Below, in pieces: positions 45,739 to 56,817 of a stretch of DNA of 64,000 nt; positions within the stretch are counted from its first letter, which is position 1; each line of letters starts with the position of its first letter. Origin of the DNA: Escherichia coli. Its GTDB lineage: Bacteria; Pseudomonadota; Gammaproteobacteria; Enterobacterales; Enterobacteriaceae. The stretch lies in NCBI RefSeq assembly GCF_044324785.1, contig NZ_CP172127.1; one strand, 5' to 3'. A program made the translations under genes and the position numbers. Under the pieces are notes generated by a model. That model saw nothing but the letters and a program-made list of their open reading frames with translations. It was not told where the DNA came from and ran no database searches.

Positions 45739-46355
45739 TAGCGTTGCTCCTGAGTGAGGGAAAGGGGATCCTCCCCGCCATTGGCAAACCAGCTTGCGGC
45801 AAGGCGCTGTTTTTCTTTCATCTGGCGTTGCAGGCTATCGTCGGTGATCAGCCGTAACGCCTTATTCGGGCAAGCGCGAACGCATGCCGGACCTTCTGGC
45901 AAGAAATCACACAGGTCGCATTTCACCGCGACGGTCTGGACACCCGGTTCCCAGCGCAGCAACGCATGTTGGGTCGACACGTTTACTTCTCCGTCTTTGA
46001 GTGAGCCCTCAGCCTGAAAAACATATTGCGCAGGGGCATTCACCGGACGGCTTCCTGAAGCGCTGATTGCGCCAAATGGGCAGACCACGGCACAAAGCTT
46101 GCAGCCAATACAGAGGCTTTCGTTGAGTTGGATCGCATCATCCCTCTGGGAGATGGCATTGACCGGGCAGACCTGCAGGCAAGGGGCTTCCTCACAGTGA
46201 TGACACACGACAGGGGCAGTGAGTGTTGACGTCTTCGCCAGGGCCAGGCGCGGGTGTTGCTGTAAACCTTGCGTTTTATGCACGTCCGAACAGGCAGCGA
46301 GACAGGTATTACATCCTGTACACCACAGTGGTTCGGCCACCACAAAGCGGTTCAT
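45738..46355 (-). CDS. hyfA: hydrogenase-4 4Fe-4S ferredoxin subunit
   Basis: 205 aa from MNRFVVAEPLWCTGCNTCLAAC. AAGGAG SD upstream. Confidence 0.95.
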   Translation of the reverse strand: MNRFVVAEPLWCTGCNTCLAACSDVHKTQGLQQHPRLALAKTSTLTAPVVCHHCEEAPCLQVCPVNAISQRDDAIQLNESLCIGCKLCAVVCPFGAISASGSRPVNAPAQYVFQAEGSLKDGEVNVSTQHALLRWEPGVQTVAVKCDLCDFLPEGPACVRACPNKALRLITDDSLQRQMKEKQRLAASWFANGGEDPLSLTQEQR

Positions 46356-46395
46356 GTCGGCTCCTTGAAAATGATATGAAACATTGCATTTCATA

Positions 46396-46412
46396 TTGCA
46401 TAAAGGATGCCA
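46396..46412 (-). promoter_or_regulatory. sigma54 (-24/-12) promoter of the hyf operon
   Basis: Minus strand reads TGGCATCCTTTATGCAA, with correct GG-N10-GC spacing, about 40 nt upstream of the hyfA ATG. Confidence 0.75.
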
Positions 46413-46507
46413 GTCTGATTAATTTAATATATTCAATAAGTTATGAATTAACTGTATTCTGAACGGTACAAAAATGATGGTCATTAACGTTCAGCAAAAA
46501 ATGAATT

Positions 46508-46521
46508 CGACACCCGTGTCG
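46508..46521. promoter_or_regulatory. 14 bp palindrome CGACAC-CC-GTGTCG, candidate enhancer (UAS) for HyfR/FhlA
   Basis: Perfect 6-2-6 palindrome about 130 bp upstream of the predicted sigma54 TSS. Confidence 0.35.
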
Positions 46522-46537
46522 CAGGGGAAAGCGAGAA

Positions 46538-46553
46538 TGTGATCTTGATCACG
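46538..46553. promoter_or_regulatory. CRP-like site TGTGA-TCTTGA-TCACG
   Basis: 9/10 match to TGTGA-N6-TCACA. Lies 31 bp (three helical turns) from the palindrome above. Confidence 0.4.
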
Positions 46554-46607
46554 AGAAGTGAGGTGTGCTGACCGCAAGCGCAGCCAGCACGGAATGGAGC
46601 AAAGTAA

Positions 46608-47078
46608 TCAGGCGTGTTCTTTCAGCCAGTTCAGCACAACGTCGTGGTGATTGCTGGTTTTGAAATCGTCAAAGACATGTTCGATTTTGCCATCAGCGTC
46701 AATCAGGAAGCTGATGCGATGAATACCATCGTAGGTTTTGCCCATGAAGGACTTTTCACCCCAGACGCCGAATTGTTCGCACACCTGGTGGTCCTCATCA
46801 GACAGGAGCGTAAAGTTAAGCAGCTCTTTTTCCGCAAAACGGGAGAGTTTTTCGGGTTTATCGGTGCTGATACCCAGCACATCAACGCCCGCTTTTTTCA
46901 ACTCATCCATGTTATCGCGTAAGCCGCAGGCTTGTACGGTACAGCCGGGGGTCATGGCTTTCGGGTAGAAATAAACCAGAACACGCTGTCCCTGGAAGTC
47001 GGTCAAATTAACTTGTTCTCCGTCTTGATCCGGCAAGCTAAATTTCGGTGCGATATCACCGGCTTTCAGTGGATTCAT
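46608..47078 (-). CDS. bcp: thiol peroxidase (bacterioferritin comigratory protein)
   Basis: 156 aa with the peroxiredoxin motif TPGCTVQAC. Confidence 0.97.
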   Translation of the reverse strand: MNPLKAGDIAPKFSLPDQDGEQVNLTDFQGQRVLVYFYPKAMTPGCTVQACGLRDNMDELKKAGVDVLGISTDKPEKLSRFAEKELLNFTLLSDEDHQVCEQFGVWGEKSFMGKTYDGIHRISFLIDADGKIEHVFDDFKTSNHHDVVLNWLKEHA

Positions 47079-47650
47079 TACTTAACTCCATCCTGTTCAT
47101 CATGTTGGGAATAATTGACGACGTTAATACTGCCTTGTGCATTGAGTTCTGTACATAGGGCTTTGAACGCTTGCTCAATATTTGCTGCGTCCGCAGATGC
47201 GGGGCTGTGGGCGGTTATCTGAATATGCAACTGCGCAGCCCGTTCATTTTCAGCAGGTTGCGTGCGCGACACCAGCTCCGCAATGTTCATATGATGCGCG
47301 TCGAAAAGTGCTGTGAAGCGTTCAATTAAATGCGGGGAGTCTGCCACATCGACCTGAACCCAGACAGATGCTGGCATTGGCGGACGCGGACGCGCCGTCG
47401 TGCGCTTCATCACGATTAAAAGATCCAGCTCGGCACCTTTCAACGGTAACGTTGATTCAATCAGAGTAATGGCATTCCATGAACCGGAAAGCAGCATGAT
47501 AAACGTGAACTCTTCTCCCAGCATCGCCAGGCGACTGTCTTCAATATTACAGCCGCAACTACTGACATGACGGGTGATGGTGTTCACAATTCCAGGGCGA
47601 TCGGCACCCAACGCAGTGATCACCAGATAATGTTGCGATGACAGTGTCAA
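47078..47650 (-). CDS. gcvR: glycine cleavage system repressor GcvR
   Basis: 190 aa from the TTG start (LTLSSQHYLVITALGADRPG). Tandem ACT domains. Confidence 0.9.
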   Translation of the reverse strand: MTLSSQHYLVITALGADRPGIVNTITRHVSSCGCNIEDSRLAMLGEEFTFIMLLSGSWNAITLIESTLPLKGAELDLLIVMKRTTARPRPPMPASVWVQVDVADSPHLIERFTALFDAHHMNIAELVSRTQPAENERAAQLHIQITAHSPASADAANIEQAFKALCTELNAQGSINVVNYSQHDEQDGVK

Positions 47651-47795
47651 ACTGGTTATTCCTTTAAGGGGTGAGTTGTTCTTAAGGAAAGCATAAAAAA
47701 AACATGCATACAACAATCAGAACGGTTCTGTCTGCTTGCTTTTAATGCCATACCAAACGTACCATTGAGACACTTGTTTGCACAGAGGATGGCCC

Positions 47796-48674
47796 ATGTT
47801 CACGGGAAGTATTGTCGCGATTGTTACTCCGATGGATGAAAAAGGTAATGTCTGTCGGGCTAGCTTGAAAAAACTGATTGATTATCATGTCGCCAGCGGT
47901 ACTTCGGCGATCGTTTCTGTTGGCACCACTGGCGAGTCCGCTACCTTAAATCATGACGAACATGCTGATGTGGTGATGATGACGCTGGAGCTGGCTGACG
48001 GGCGCATTCCGGTGATTGCCGGGACCGGCGCTAACGCTACTGCGGAAGCCATTAGCCTGACGCAGCGCTTCAATGACAGTGGTATCGTCGGCTGCCTGAC
48101 GGTAACCCCTTACTACAATCGTCCGTCGCAAGAAGGTTTGTATCAGCATTTCAAAGCCATCGCTGAGCATACTGACCTGCCGCAAATTCTGTATAATGTG
48201 CCGTCCCGTACTGGCTGCGATCTGCTCCCGGAAACGGTGGGCCGTCTGGCGAAAGTAAAAAATATTATCGGAATCAAAGAGGCAACAGGGAACTTAACGC
48301 GTGTAAACCAGATCAAAGAGCTGGTTTCAGATGATTTTGTTCTGCTGAGCGGCGATGATGCGAGCGCGCTGGACTTCATGCAATTAGGCGGTCATGGGGT
48401 TATTTCCGTTACGGCTAACGTCGCAGCGCGTGATATGGCCCAGATGTGCAAACTGGCAGCAGAAGGGCATTTTGCCGAGGCACGCGTTATTAATCAGCGT
48501 CTGATGCCATTACACAACAAACTATTTGTCGAACCCAATCCAATCCCGGTGAAATGGGCATGTAAGGAACTGGGTCTTGTGGCGACCGATACGCTGCGCC
48601 TGCCAATGACACCAATCACCGACAGTGGTCGTGAGACGGTCAGAGCGGCGCTTAAGCATGCCGGTTTGCTGTAA
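47796..48674 (+). CDS. dapA: 4-hydroxy-tetrahydrodipicolinate synthase
   Basis: 292 aa from [13 protein letters not shown] with the GTTGES motif. Confidence 0.97.
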   Translation: MFTGSIVAIVTPMDEKGNVCRASLKKLIDYHVASGTSAIVSVGTTGESATLNHDEHADVVMMTLELADGRIPVIAGTGANATAEAISLTQRFNDSGIVGCLTVTPYYNRPSQEGLYQHFKAIAEHTDLPQILYNVPSRTGCDLLPETVGRLAKVKNIIGIKEATGNLTRVNQIKELVSDDFVLLSGDDASALDFMQLGGHGVISVTANVAARDMAQMCKLAAEGHFAEARVINQRLMPLHNKLFVEPNPIPVKWACKELGLVATDTLRLPMTPITDSGRETVRAALKHAGLL

Positions 48675-48690
48675 AGTTTAGGGAGATTTG

Positions 48691-49725
48691 ATGGCTTACT
48701 CTGTTCAAAAGTCGCGCCTGGCAAAGGTTGCGGGTGTTTCGCTTGTTTTATTACTCGCTGCCTGTAGTTCTGACTCACGCTATAAGCGTCAGGTCAGTGG
48801 TGATGAAGCCTACCTGGAAGCGGCACCGCTTGCGGAGCTTCATGCCCCGGCTGGAATGATTTTGCCGGTGACCTCCGGTGATTATGCAATCCCGGTGACC
48901 AACGGTAGTGGTGCTGTCGGTAAGGCGCTGGACATTCGTCCACCAGCCCAGCCGCTGGCACTGGTTTCTGGCGCGCGTACCCAGTTCACGGGCGATACCG
49001 CTTCATTGCTGGTGGAAAATGGTCGTGGCAATACTCTGTGGCCGCAGGTGGTTAGCGTGCTGCAGGCGAAAAACTACACCATCACCCAACGTGATGATGC
49101 TGGTCAGACACTGACCACCGATTGGGTACAATGGAACCGTCTGGACGAAGACGAGCAGTATCGTGGTCGTTATCAAATCTCTGTTAAGCCGCAGGGTTAT
49201 CAGCAGGCGGTTACGGTTAAACTGCTGAACCTGGAACAGGCGGGCAAACCGGTTGCAGACGCGGCTTCCATGCAGCGTTATAGCACGGAGATGATGAACG
49301 TTATTTCCGCCGGTCTGGATAAATCTGCCACTGACGCCGCGAACGCTGCGCAAAATCGTGCCTCCACCACTATGGACGTACAAAGTGCAGCTGATGACAC
49401 CGGTTTACCGATGCTGGTCGTACGCGGGCCGTTCAATGTGGTTTGGCAACGTCTGCCAGCGGCGCTGGAAAAAGTGGGCATGAAAGTGACCGACAGCACC
49501 CGTTCGCAGGGCAACATGGCCGTAACTTATAAGCCGCTGTCTGACAGCGACTGGCAGGAACTGGGCGCGAGCGATCCAGGCCTGGCATCCGGTGACTATA
49601 AACTGCAGGTTGGCGATTTAGATAACCGCAGCAGCCTACAGTTCATCGATCCGAAAGGTCATACTCTGACTCAGAGTCAGAACGACGCGCTGGTATCTGT
49701 CTTCCAGGCAGCGTTTAGCAAGTAA
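48691..49725 (+). CDS. bamC: BAM complex lipoprotein BamC
   Basis: 344 aa with the lipobox LLAACSS. Confidence 0.96.
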   Translation: MAYSVQKSRLAKVAGVSLVLLLAACSSDSRYKRQVSGDEAYLEAAPLAELHAPAGMILPVTSGDYAIPVTNGSGAVGKALDIRPPAQPLALVSGARTQFTGDTASLLVENGRGNTLWPQVVSVLQAKNYTITQRDDAGQTLTTDWVQWNRLDEDEQYRGRYQISVKPQGYQQAVTVKLLNLEQAGKPVADAASMQRYSTEMMNVISAGLDKSATDAANAAQNRASTTMDVQSAADDTGLPMLVVRGPFNVVWQRLPAALEKVGMKVTDSTRSQGNMAVTYKPLSDSDWQELGASDPGLASGDYKLQVGDLDNRSSLQFIDPKGHTLTQSQNDALVSVFQAAFSK

Positions 49726-49730
49726 AAATA

Positions 49731-49757
49731 CAGGGCTGGAGTCATCCGGCCCTTTTT
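49731..49757 (+). terminator. dapA-bamC terminator
   Basis: AGGGCTGG-AGTCAT-CCGGCCCT followed by TTTTTT. Confidence 0.75.
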
Positions 49758-49768
49758 TCTGATATGAT

Positions 49769-49784
49769 ACGCAAACGTGTGCGT
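49769..49784. promoter_or_regulatory. PurR operator of purC
   Basis: ACGCAAACGTGTGCGT, a close match to the pur box ACGCAAACGTTTGCGT. Confidence 0.8.
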
Positions 49785-49841
49785 CGGCAGAAAAATGCGA
49801 TTTTAGCGGTAATTCGCACGAAATTTGTTTGTCGGACGTAG

Positions 49842-49871
49842 GTCGGATAAGGCGTTCTTGCCGCATCCGAC
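49842..49871. repeat. REP element
   Basis: GTCGGATAAGGCGTTCTTGCCGCATCCGAC. Confidence 0.75.
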
Positions 49872-49936
49872 AAAACATCCGGCACACCAGACAGCAAAGA
49901 TTTTAAAACGTTAATTCACACCCAGGAGTGATAAAG

Positions 49937-50650
49937 ATGCAAAAGCAAGCTGAGTTGTATCGTGGTAAAGCGAAAACCGTATACAGCACGGAAAACCCGG
50001 ACCTGTTGGTGCTCGAATTCCGCAATGATACGTCAGCAGGGGATGGCGCGCGCATTGAGCAGTTTGATCGCAAAGGTATGGTGAACAACAAGTTCAACTA
50101 CTTCATTATGAGCAAACTGGCTGAAGCGGGTATCCCGACTCAAATGGAGCGTCTGCTCTCCGATACCGAATGTCTGGTGAAAAAGCTGGATATGGTGCCG
50201 GTTGAGTGTGTCGTGCGTAACCGTGCTGCTGGCTCTCTGGTGAAACGTCTTGGAATCGAAGAAGGTATTGAGCTGAACCCGCCGCTGTTCGATCTGTTCC
50301 TGAAAAACGACGCCATGCACGATCCGATGGTCAACGAATCTTACTGCGAAACCTTTGGCTGGGTGAGCAAAGAGAACCTGGCGCGTATGAAAGAGCTGAC
50401 CTACAAAGCGAACGACGTGCTGAAAAAACTGTTCGATGATGCTGGTCTGATTCTGGTCGACTTCAAGCTGGAATTTGGTCTGTACAAAGGCGAAGTGGTA
50501 CTGGGTGATGAGTTCTCCCCGGACGGTAGCCGCCTGTGGGACAAAGAAACGCTGGAGAAAATGGACAAAGACCGTTTCCGCCAGAGCCTCGGTGGCCTGA
50601 TCGAAGCCTATGAAGCCGTCGCCCGCCGCCTGGGTGTACAGCTGGACTGA
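49937..50650 (+). CDS. purC: SAICAR synthetase
   Basis: 237 aa from [16 protein letters not shown]. Confidence 0.97.
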
Positions 50651-50817
50651 TTTTTCTGTTCATCATCTTGCCGTGCAGCTGGCACGGCAAGACAACCGCT
50701 CTCGGAAGATGTGCATTGAACGCTCATTCCTCCGCCATTTCATCCCGCTTTCCTGTGGTAATCTTCCTCTGAACCACCTACGATCATTTCTATAATGAAT
50801 ATATTGTTGAGGTATCT

Positions 50818-51681
50818 ATGCGTTGGCAAGGGCGACGTGAAAGTGACAATGTTGAAGACAGGCGCAACAGCTCTGGTGGTCCGTCAATGGGCGGTCCAGG
50901 TTTTCGCCTGCCAAGCGGTAAAGGCGGGCTGATTTTACTGATAGTCGTGCTGGTTGCAGGCTATTATGGCGTTGATTTAACCGGGTTGATGACCGGACAG
51001 CCGGTTTCCCAACAGCAATCAACGCGGTCAATTAGCCCAAATGAAGACGAAGCCGCAAAATTCACTTCGGTGATTCTGGCAACCACGGAAGACACCTGGG
51101 GACAGCAATTCGAGAAGATGGGTAAAACCTATCAGCAACCGAAGCTGGTCATGTACCGTGGAATGACGCGCACCGGATGCGGGGCGGGCCAGTCCATAAT
51201 GGGGCCGTTCTATTGCCCGGCGGATGGCACGGTTTATATCGATCTCTCCTTCTATGATGACATGAAAGACAAACTTGGCGCGGATGGCGATTTTGCCCAG
51301 GGGTACGTTATCGCCCATGAAGTCGGTCATCATGTGCAGAAACTGTTAGGCATCGAGCCGAAAGTTCGTCAACTGCAACAAAACGCGACGCAGGCGGAAG
51401 TGAACCGCTTATCTGTGCGTATGGAACTCCAGGCCGACTGTTTTGCTGGTGTCTGGGGGCATAGTATGCAGCAGCAAGGCGTTCTGGAAACCGGCGATCT
51501 GGAAGAGGCGCTGAACGCGGCGCAGGCCATCGGCGATGATCGTTTACAACAGCAAAGTCAGGGGCGAGTAGTACCAGACAGTTTCACTCATGGCACTTCT
51601 CAGCAACGCTACAGCTGGTTTAAACGTGGTTTCGACAGCGGCGATCCGGCACAATGCAATACTTTTGGTAAAAGCATTTAA
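50818..51681 (+). CDS. ypfJ: putative zinc metallopeptidase YpfJ
   Basis: 287 aa with one TM helix and the HEVGHH motif. Confidence 0.93.
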
Positions 51682-51695
51682 CTTCCGGGGCAGGG

Positions 51696-53699
51696 ATGGC
51701 TGAACTAACTGCGCTTCACACATTAACAGCGCAAATGAAACGTGAAGGGATCCGCCGCTTGCTGGTGTTGAGCGGGGAAGAGGGTTGGTGTTTTGATCAT
51801 GCGCTTAAGTTGCGTGATGCCTTACCTGGCGACTGGCTGTGGATTTCGCCGCAGCCAGTCGCTGAAAACCACTGTTTTCCCTCGGCGCTACAAACTTTAC
51901 TTGGGCGCGAATTCCGGCATGCGGTATTCGACGCCCGCCACGGCTTTGATGCCGCTGCCTTTGCAGCACTTAGCGGAACGTTGAAAGCGGGAAGCTGGCT
52001 GGTTTTGTTACTCCCTGTATGGGAAGAGTGGGAAAACCAACCTGATGCCGACTCGCTGCGCTGGAGTGATTGCCCTGACCCTATTGCGACGCCGCATTTT
52101 GTCCAGCATCTCAAACGTGTACTTACGGCGAATAACGACGCCATCCTCTGGCGGCAAAACCAGCCGTTCACGTTGGTGCATTTTGCTCCCCGTACTGACT
52201 GGCACCCCGCGACCGGCGCACCACAACCAGAACAACAGCAACTCTTACAGCAGCTACTGACCATGCCATTGGGCGTGGCGGTGGTAACGGCTGCGCGTGG
52301 GCGCGGTAAATCGGCGCTGGCAGGGCAACTCATTTCTCGTATTGCGGGTAGTGCGATTGTCACCGCGCCCGCAAAAGCGGCAACGGATGTACTGGCACAA
52401 TTTGCGGGCGAGAAGTTTCGCTTTATTGCGCCGGATGCCTTGTTAGCCAGCGATGAGCAAGCCGACTGGCTGGTGGTCGATGAAGCCGCAGCCATACCTG
52501 CGCCGTTGTTGCATCAACTGGTATCGCGTTTTCCTCGAACGTTGTTAACCACTACGGTGCAGGGCTACGAAGGTACCGGACGTGGTTTTTTGCTGAAATT
52601 TTGCGCTCGCTTTCCGCATTTACACCGTTTTGAATTGCAACAGCCGATCCGCTGGGCGCAGGGATGCCCGCTGGAAAAAATGGTCAGCGAGGCACTGGTT
52701 TTTGACGATGAAAACTTCACCCATACACCACAAGGCAATATCGTCATTGCCGCATTTGAACAGACGTTATGGCGAAGCGAGCCAGAAACGCCGTTAAAGG
52801 TTTATCAGCTATTGTCTGGTGCGCACTACCGGACCTCGCCGCTGGATTTACGCCGGATGATGGATGCACCAGGGCAACATTTTTTACAGGCGGCTGGCGA
52901 AAATGCCATTGCCGGGGCGCTGTGGCTGGTGGATGAGGGCGGATTATCTCAAGAACTCAGTCAGGCGGTATGGGCAGGTTTTCGTCGCCCGCGGGGTAAT
53001 CTGGTGGCCCAGTCGCTGGCGGCGCACGGCAGCAATCCACTGGCGGCGACATTGCGCGGAAGGCGGGTCAGCCGAATAGCAGTTCATCCGGCTCGTCAGC
53101 GGGAAGGCACAGGTCAGCAACTGATTGCTGGTGCTTTGCAATATACGCAAGGCCTCGACTATCTTTCGGTGAGTTTTGGTTACACCGAGGAGTTATGGCG
53201 TTTCTGGCAACGCTGCGGTTTTGTGCTGGTGCGAATGGGTAATCATCGTGAAGCCAGCAGCGGTTGCTATACGGCGATGGCGCTGTTACCGATGAGTGAT
53301 GCGGGTAAACAGCTGGCTGAACGTGAGCATTACCGTTTACGTCGCGATGCGCAGGCTCTCGCGCAGTGGAATGGCGAAATGCTTCCTGTTGATCCACTAA
53401 ACGATGCCGTCCTTTCTGACGACGACTGGCTTGAACTGGCCGGTTTTGCTTTCGCTCATCGTCCGCTATTAACGTCGTTAGGTTGCTTAATGCGTCTGTT
53501 ACAAACCAGCGAACTGGCATTACCGGCGCTGCGTGGACGTTTACAGAAAAACGCCAGTGACGCGCAGTTATGTACCACACTTAAACTTTCAGGCCGTAAG
53601 CTGTTACTGGTCCGTCAACGCGAAGAAGCCGCGCAGGCGCTATACGCACTTGATGATGTTCGCACTGAGCGTTTGCGCGATCGCATAACGCAATGGTAA
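51696..53699 (+). CDS. tmcA: tRNA(Met) cytidine acetyltransferase TmcA
   Basis: 667 aa (I recall 671 aa in K-12). Walker A ARGRGKSA plus a C-terminal GNAT domain. Confidence 0.93.
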   Translation: MAELTALHTLTAQMKREGIRRLLVLSGEEGWCFDHALKLRDALPGDWLWISPQPVAENHCFPSALQTLLGREFRHAVFDARHGFDAAAFAALSGTLKAGSWLVLLLPVWEEWENQPDADSLRWSDCPDPIATPHFVQHLKRVLTANNDAILWRQNQPFTLVHFAPRTDWHPATGAPQPEQQQLLQQLLTMPLGVAVVTAARGRGKSALAGQLISRIAGSAIVTAPAKAATDVLAQFAGEKFRFIAPDALLASDEQADWLVVDEAAAIPAPLLHQLVSRFPRTLLTTTVQGYEGTGRGFLLKFCARFPHLHRFELQQPIRWAQGCPLEKMVSEALVFDDENFTHTPQGNIVIAAFEQTLWRSEPETPLKVYQLLSGAHYRTSPLDLRRMMDAPGQHFLQAAGENAIAGALWLVDEGGLSQELSQAVWAGFRRPRGNLVAQSLAAHGSNPLAATLRGRRVSRIAVHPARQREGTGQQLIAGALQYTQGLDYLSVSFGYTEELWRFWQRCGFVLVRMGNHREASSGCYTAMALLPMSDAGKQLAEREHYRLRRDAQALAQWNGEMLPVDPLNDAVLSDDDWLELAGFAFAHRPLLTSLGCLMRLLQTSELALPALRGRLQKNASDAQLCTTLKLSGRKLLLVRQREEAAQALYALDDVRTERLRDRITQW

Positions 53700-53784
53700 T
53701 TTTTTCACTGACTCCTTCAATTTTCTCCCATGGTCATTGTGAGTCAGCGGCGTAAAATTAATGACATCAGTTAAGGAGTTCGCC

Positions 53785-54483
53785 ATGAAACATGACCATT
53801 TTGTTGTTCAAAGCCCGGATAAACCTGCGCAACAGTTGTTACTGCTTTTCCACGGTGTCGGGGATAACCCGGTGGCAATGGGGGAAATAGGCAGCTGGTT
53901 TGCGCCGCTATTTCCTGATGCGCTGGTGGTGAGTGTCGGTGGCGCGGAGCCGAGCGGTAATCCGGCGGGGCGTCAGTGGTTTTCGGTGCAGGGTATTACG
54001 GAAGATAATCGCCAGGAGCGTGTGGATGCCATCATGCCGACGTTTATTGAAACGGTACGCTACTGGCAGAAACAGAGCGGAGTAGGGGCTAACGCCACGG
54101 CGCTAATCGGTTTCTCACAAGGCGCGATTATGGCGCTGGAGAGCATTAAAGCCGAACCGGGCCTTGCTTCGCGCGTCATTGCCTTCAACGGACGCTACGC
54201 GAGCCTGCCGGAAACCGCGTCTACAGCCACGACAATTCACTTGATTCATGGCGGTGAAGATCCGGTTATCGATCTGGCGCATGCGGTTGCGGCGCAGGAA
54301 GCGTTAATCAGTGCCGGTGGTGACGTGACGCTGGATATCGTGGAGGATTTAGGCCATGCGATCGACAATCGCAGTATGCAATTTGCCCTGGATCACTTGC
54401 GTTATACCATTCCGAAACATTATTTCGACGAAGCGCTAAGTGGCGGTAAGCCTGGCGATGATGATGTGATTGAAATGATGTAA
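53785..54483 (+). CDS. ypfH: esterase YpfH
   Basis: 232 aa from MKHDHFVVQSP with the GFSQG nucleophile elbow. Confidence 0.94.
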   Translation: MKHDHFVVQSPDKPAQQLLLLFHGVGDNPVAMGEIGSWFAPLFPDALVVSVGGAEPSGNPAGRQWFSVQGITEDNRQERVDAIMPTFIETVRYWQKQSGVGANATALIGFSQGAIMALESIKAEPGLASRVIAFNGRYASLPETASTATTIHLIHGGEDPVIDLAHAVAAQEALISAGGDVTLDIVEDLGHAIDNRSMQFALDHLRYTIPKHYFDEALSGGKPGDDDVIEMM

Positions 54484-54488
54484 TAATA

Positions 54489-54558
54489 GCCGGGTAGGCC
54501 TGATAAGACCGTATCAGGCATCATGGCCGGATGCGGCGTTAACGCCTTATCCGGCCAC
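54489..54558. repeat. BIME: two REP elements
   Basis: GCCTGATAAGACCGTATCAGGC and GCCGGATGCGGCGTTAACGCCTTATCCGGC. Confidence 0.75.
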
Positions 54559-54563
54559 TCAGC

Positions 54564-54764
54564 TTACTTCTTCGGTTGATCCTTTTTCGGCCAGTCGTCG
54601 TCATCGTCCCACTTATCGTTGAAATCACGATGCGGGGGAAGCTCCGGCTTGTTGGCGAGAAATTTCTTATGGTCGACGCGCTTGAGATCTTTAATCACGT
54701 TCAGCAGGACGCCTACCAAAAAGACAATCACCAGAATCCACCAATATTTAGCCAGCCAGTCCAT
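54564..54764 (-). CDS. ypfN: small membrane protein YpfN
   Basis: 66 aa from [18 protein letters not shown]. Confidence 0.9.
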
Positions 54765-54791
54765 GCTTATTTCCTCTTGCAGAACCACTCA

Positions 54792-55919
54792 TCAGGCGAC
54801 GAGCTGTTCCATGATACGTTGATACATACGGGCAAGTAGCTGCAGGTCGGCAGCGTTCACACATTCATTAATTTTATGAATAGTGGCATTGACCGGCCCG
54901 AGTTCCACCACCTGCGCCCCCATGCGGGCAATAAAGCGCCCGTCGGACGTTCCGCCTGTGGTCAGTAGCTGCGGTTTAATTTCATTATAGTGCTCAACCG
55001 CGTTAACGACCGCATCCACCAGTTTACCGCGCGCGGTCAAAAATGGCTGCCCGGAAAGCCACCAATCCACCGTATAGCGCAGTTGATGTTTTTCAAGCAG
55101 GGCAAGTACCTGCGCTTTGATCATCTCATCAGTTAGTTCGGTGCTGAAGCGGAAGTTAAACTGCACAAACAGTTCACCCGGAATAACGTTGTTACTGCCC
55201 GTTCCCGCCTGAATATTGGCAATCTGCATACTGGTCGCCGGGAAGAATTCATTGCCCTGATCCCACTCAATAGCCACTAATTCATTAAGGAAAGGTGCTG
55301 CGCGATGTACCGGATTGTCAGCCAGATGTGGGTAGGCAACATGCCCCTGCACGCCATGAATGGTAAGGTTGCATGTTAACGATCCGCGACGACCATTTTT
55401 CACCACGTCACCTACCACTTCGATACTCGACGGTTCGCCGACCAGGCAGTAATCGAGACGCTCATTACGCGCCATTAACGCTTCGACGACTTTTACCGTA
55501 CCGTTGTGGGCACTGGCTTCTTCATCAGAGGTGATCAGAAATGCCAGTCGTCCCGTATGGTTGGGATGTTGTGCGACAAAGCGTTCTGCCGCTACCACCA
55601 TCGCTGCCAGCGAGCCTTTCATATCTGCCGCACCGCGCCCGAATAACATACCGTCACGAATGGTCGGTTCAAACGGCGGATTGATCCAACGATCTGCGTC
55701 GCCAGGCGGCACCACGTCGGTATGCCCGGCAAAGGCCAACGTTTCACCCTGCCCACGCCATGCCCAAAAATTCTGCGTATCGGCAAAATCCATGCGTTCA
55801 ACGGTAAAACCGATCGCCTGCAAACGTTCAATCAACAAAGCCTGGCATCCTGCGTCATCAGGACTCAGGGAAGGGCGGCGAATAAGCTGTTGTGTCAGCT
55901 CAATAACCGGGCACGACAT
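54792..55919 (-). CDS. dapE: succinyl-diaminopimelate desuccinylase
   Basis: 375 aa, M20 peptidase family. Confidence 0.97.
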
Positions 55920-55922
55920 AGA

Positions 55923-56297
<375 letters not shown>

Positions 56298-56658
56298 TTA
56301 TGAGAATAAATACTCATTTAAGGGTGAAAACATTTTGCCTGCAAATGATTATCAGGAAATATAACATTATCGAAGTATTCAAATTAACAACTATTAAATA
56401 ATATTAAACATTTTTAACGTAAACATTAAGAATATTCATCTTGTTATCTGTCTGTATTTTAACCAGAATTAAATCAGTATTAGATACCGTATGAATATCT
56501 CGAAATGGTGCTGTGTATCACATACAAATCATCACCGCAGGACCATAGTATTTACATAAGGTTTGTCCCCCGGAGGTAGTCATCGCAGCAATCGAGTAAA
56601 TTAGCTTCACCACGGTATATTGTTTCCGTAGAATACCCATAATTATAAGAGAGGTTGT

Positions 56659-56718
56659 TATGATTGAACGTGAACTGGGGAACTGGAAAGACTTTATCGA
56701 AGTTATGCTTCGTAAGTA
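56659..56718 (+). CDS. ypfM: 19-aa small protein YpfM
   Basis: ATG at 56659 has GAGAGG upstream. Encodes MIERELGNWKDFIEVMLRK, matching my recollection of K-12 YpfM. Followed by hairpins. Confidence 0.7.
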
Positions 56719-56779
56719 ATTCCTGAGACAAAGTACAAACAGCAAGAACCTGCTGAGCAGGTTCTTAATCGGAAAGTTG

Positions 56780-56811
56780 AAAAGGGCGACACATTGGCAT
56801 GTCGCCTTTTT
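56780..56811. terminator. bidirectional terminator (ypfM / acrD)
   Basis: GGCGACA-CATTGGCA-TGTCGCC flanked by an A-run and TTTTTT. Confidence 0.75.
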
Positions 56812-56817
56812 TATTGC

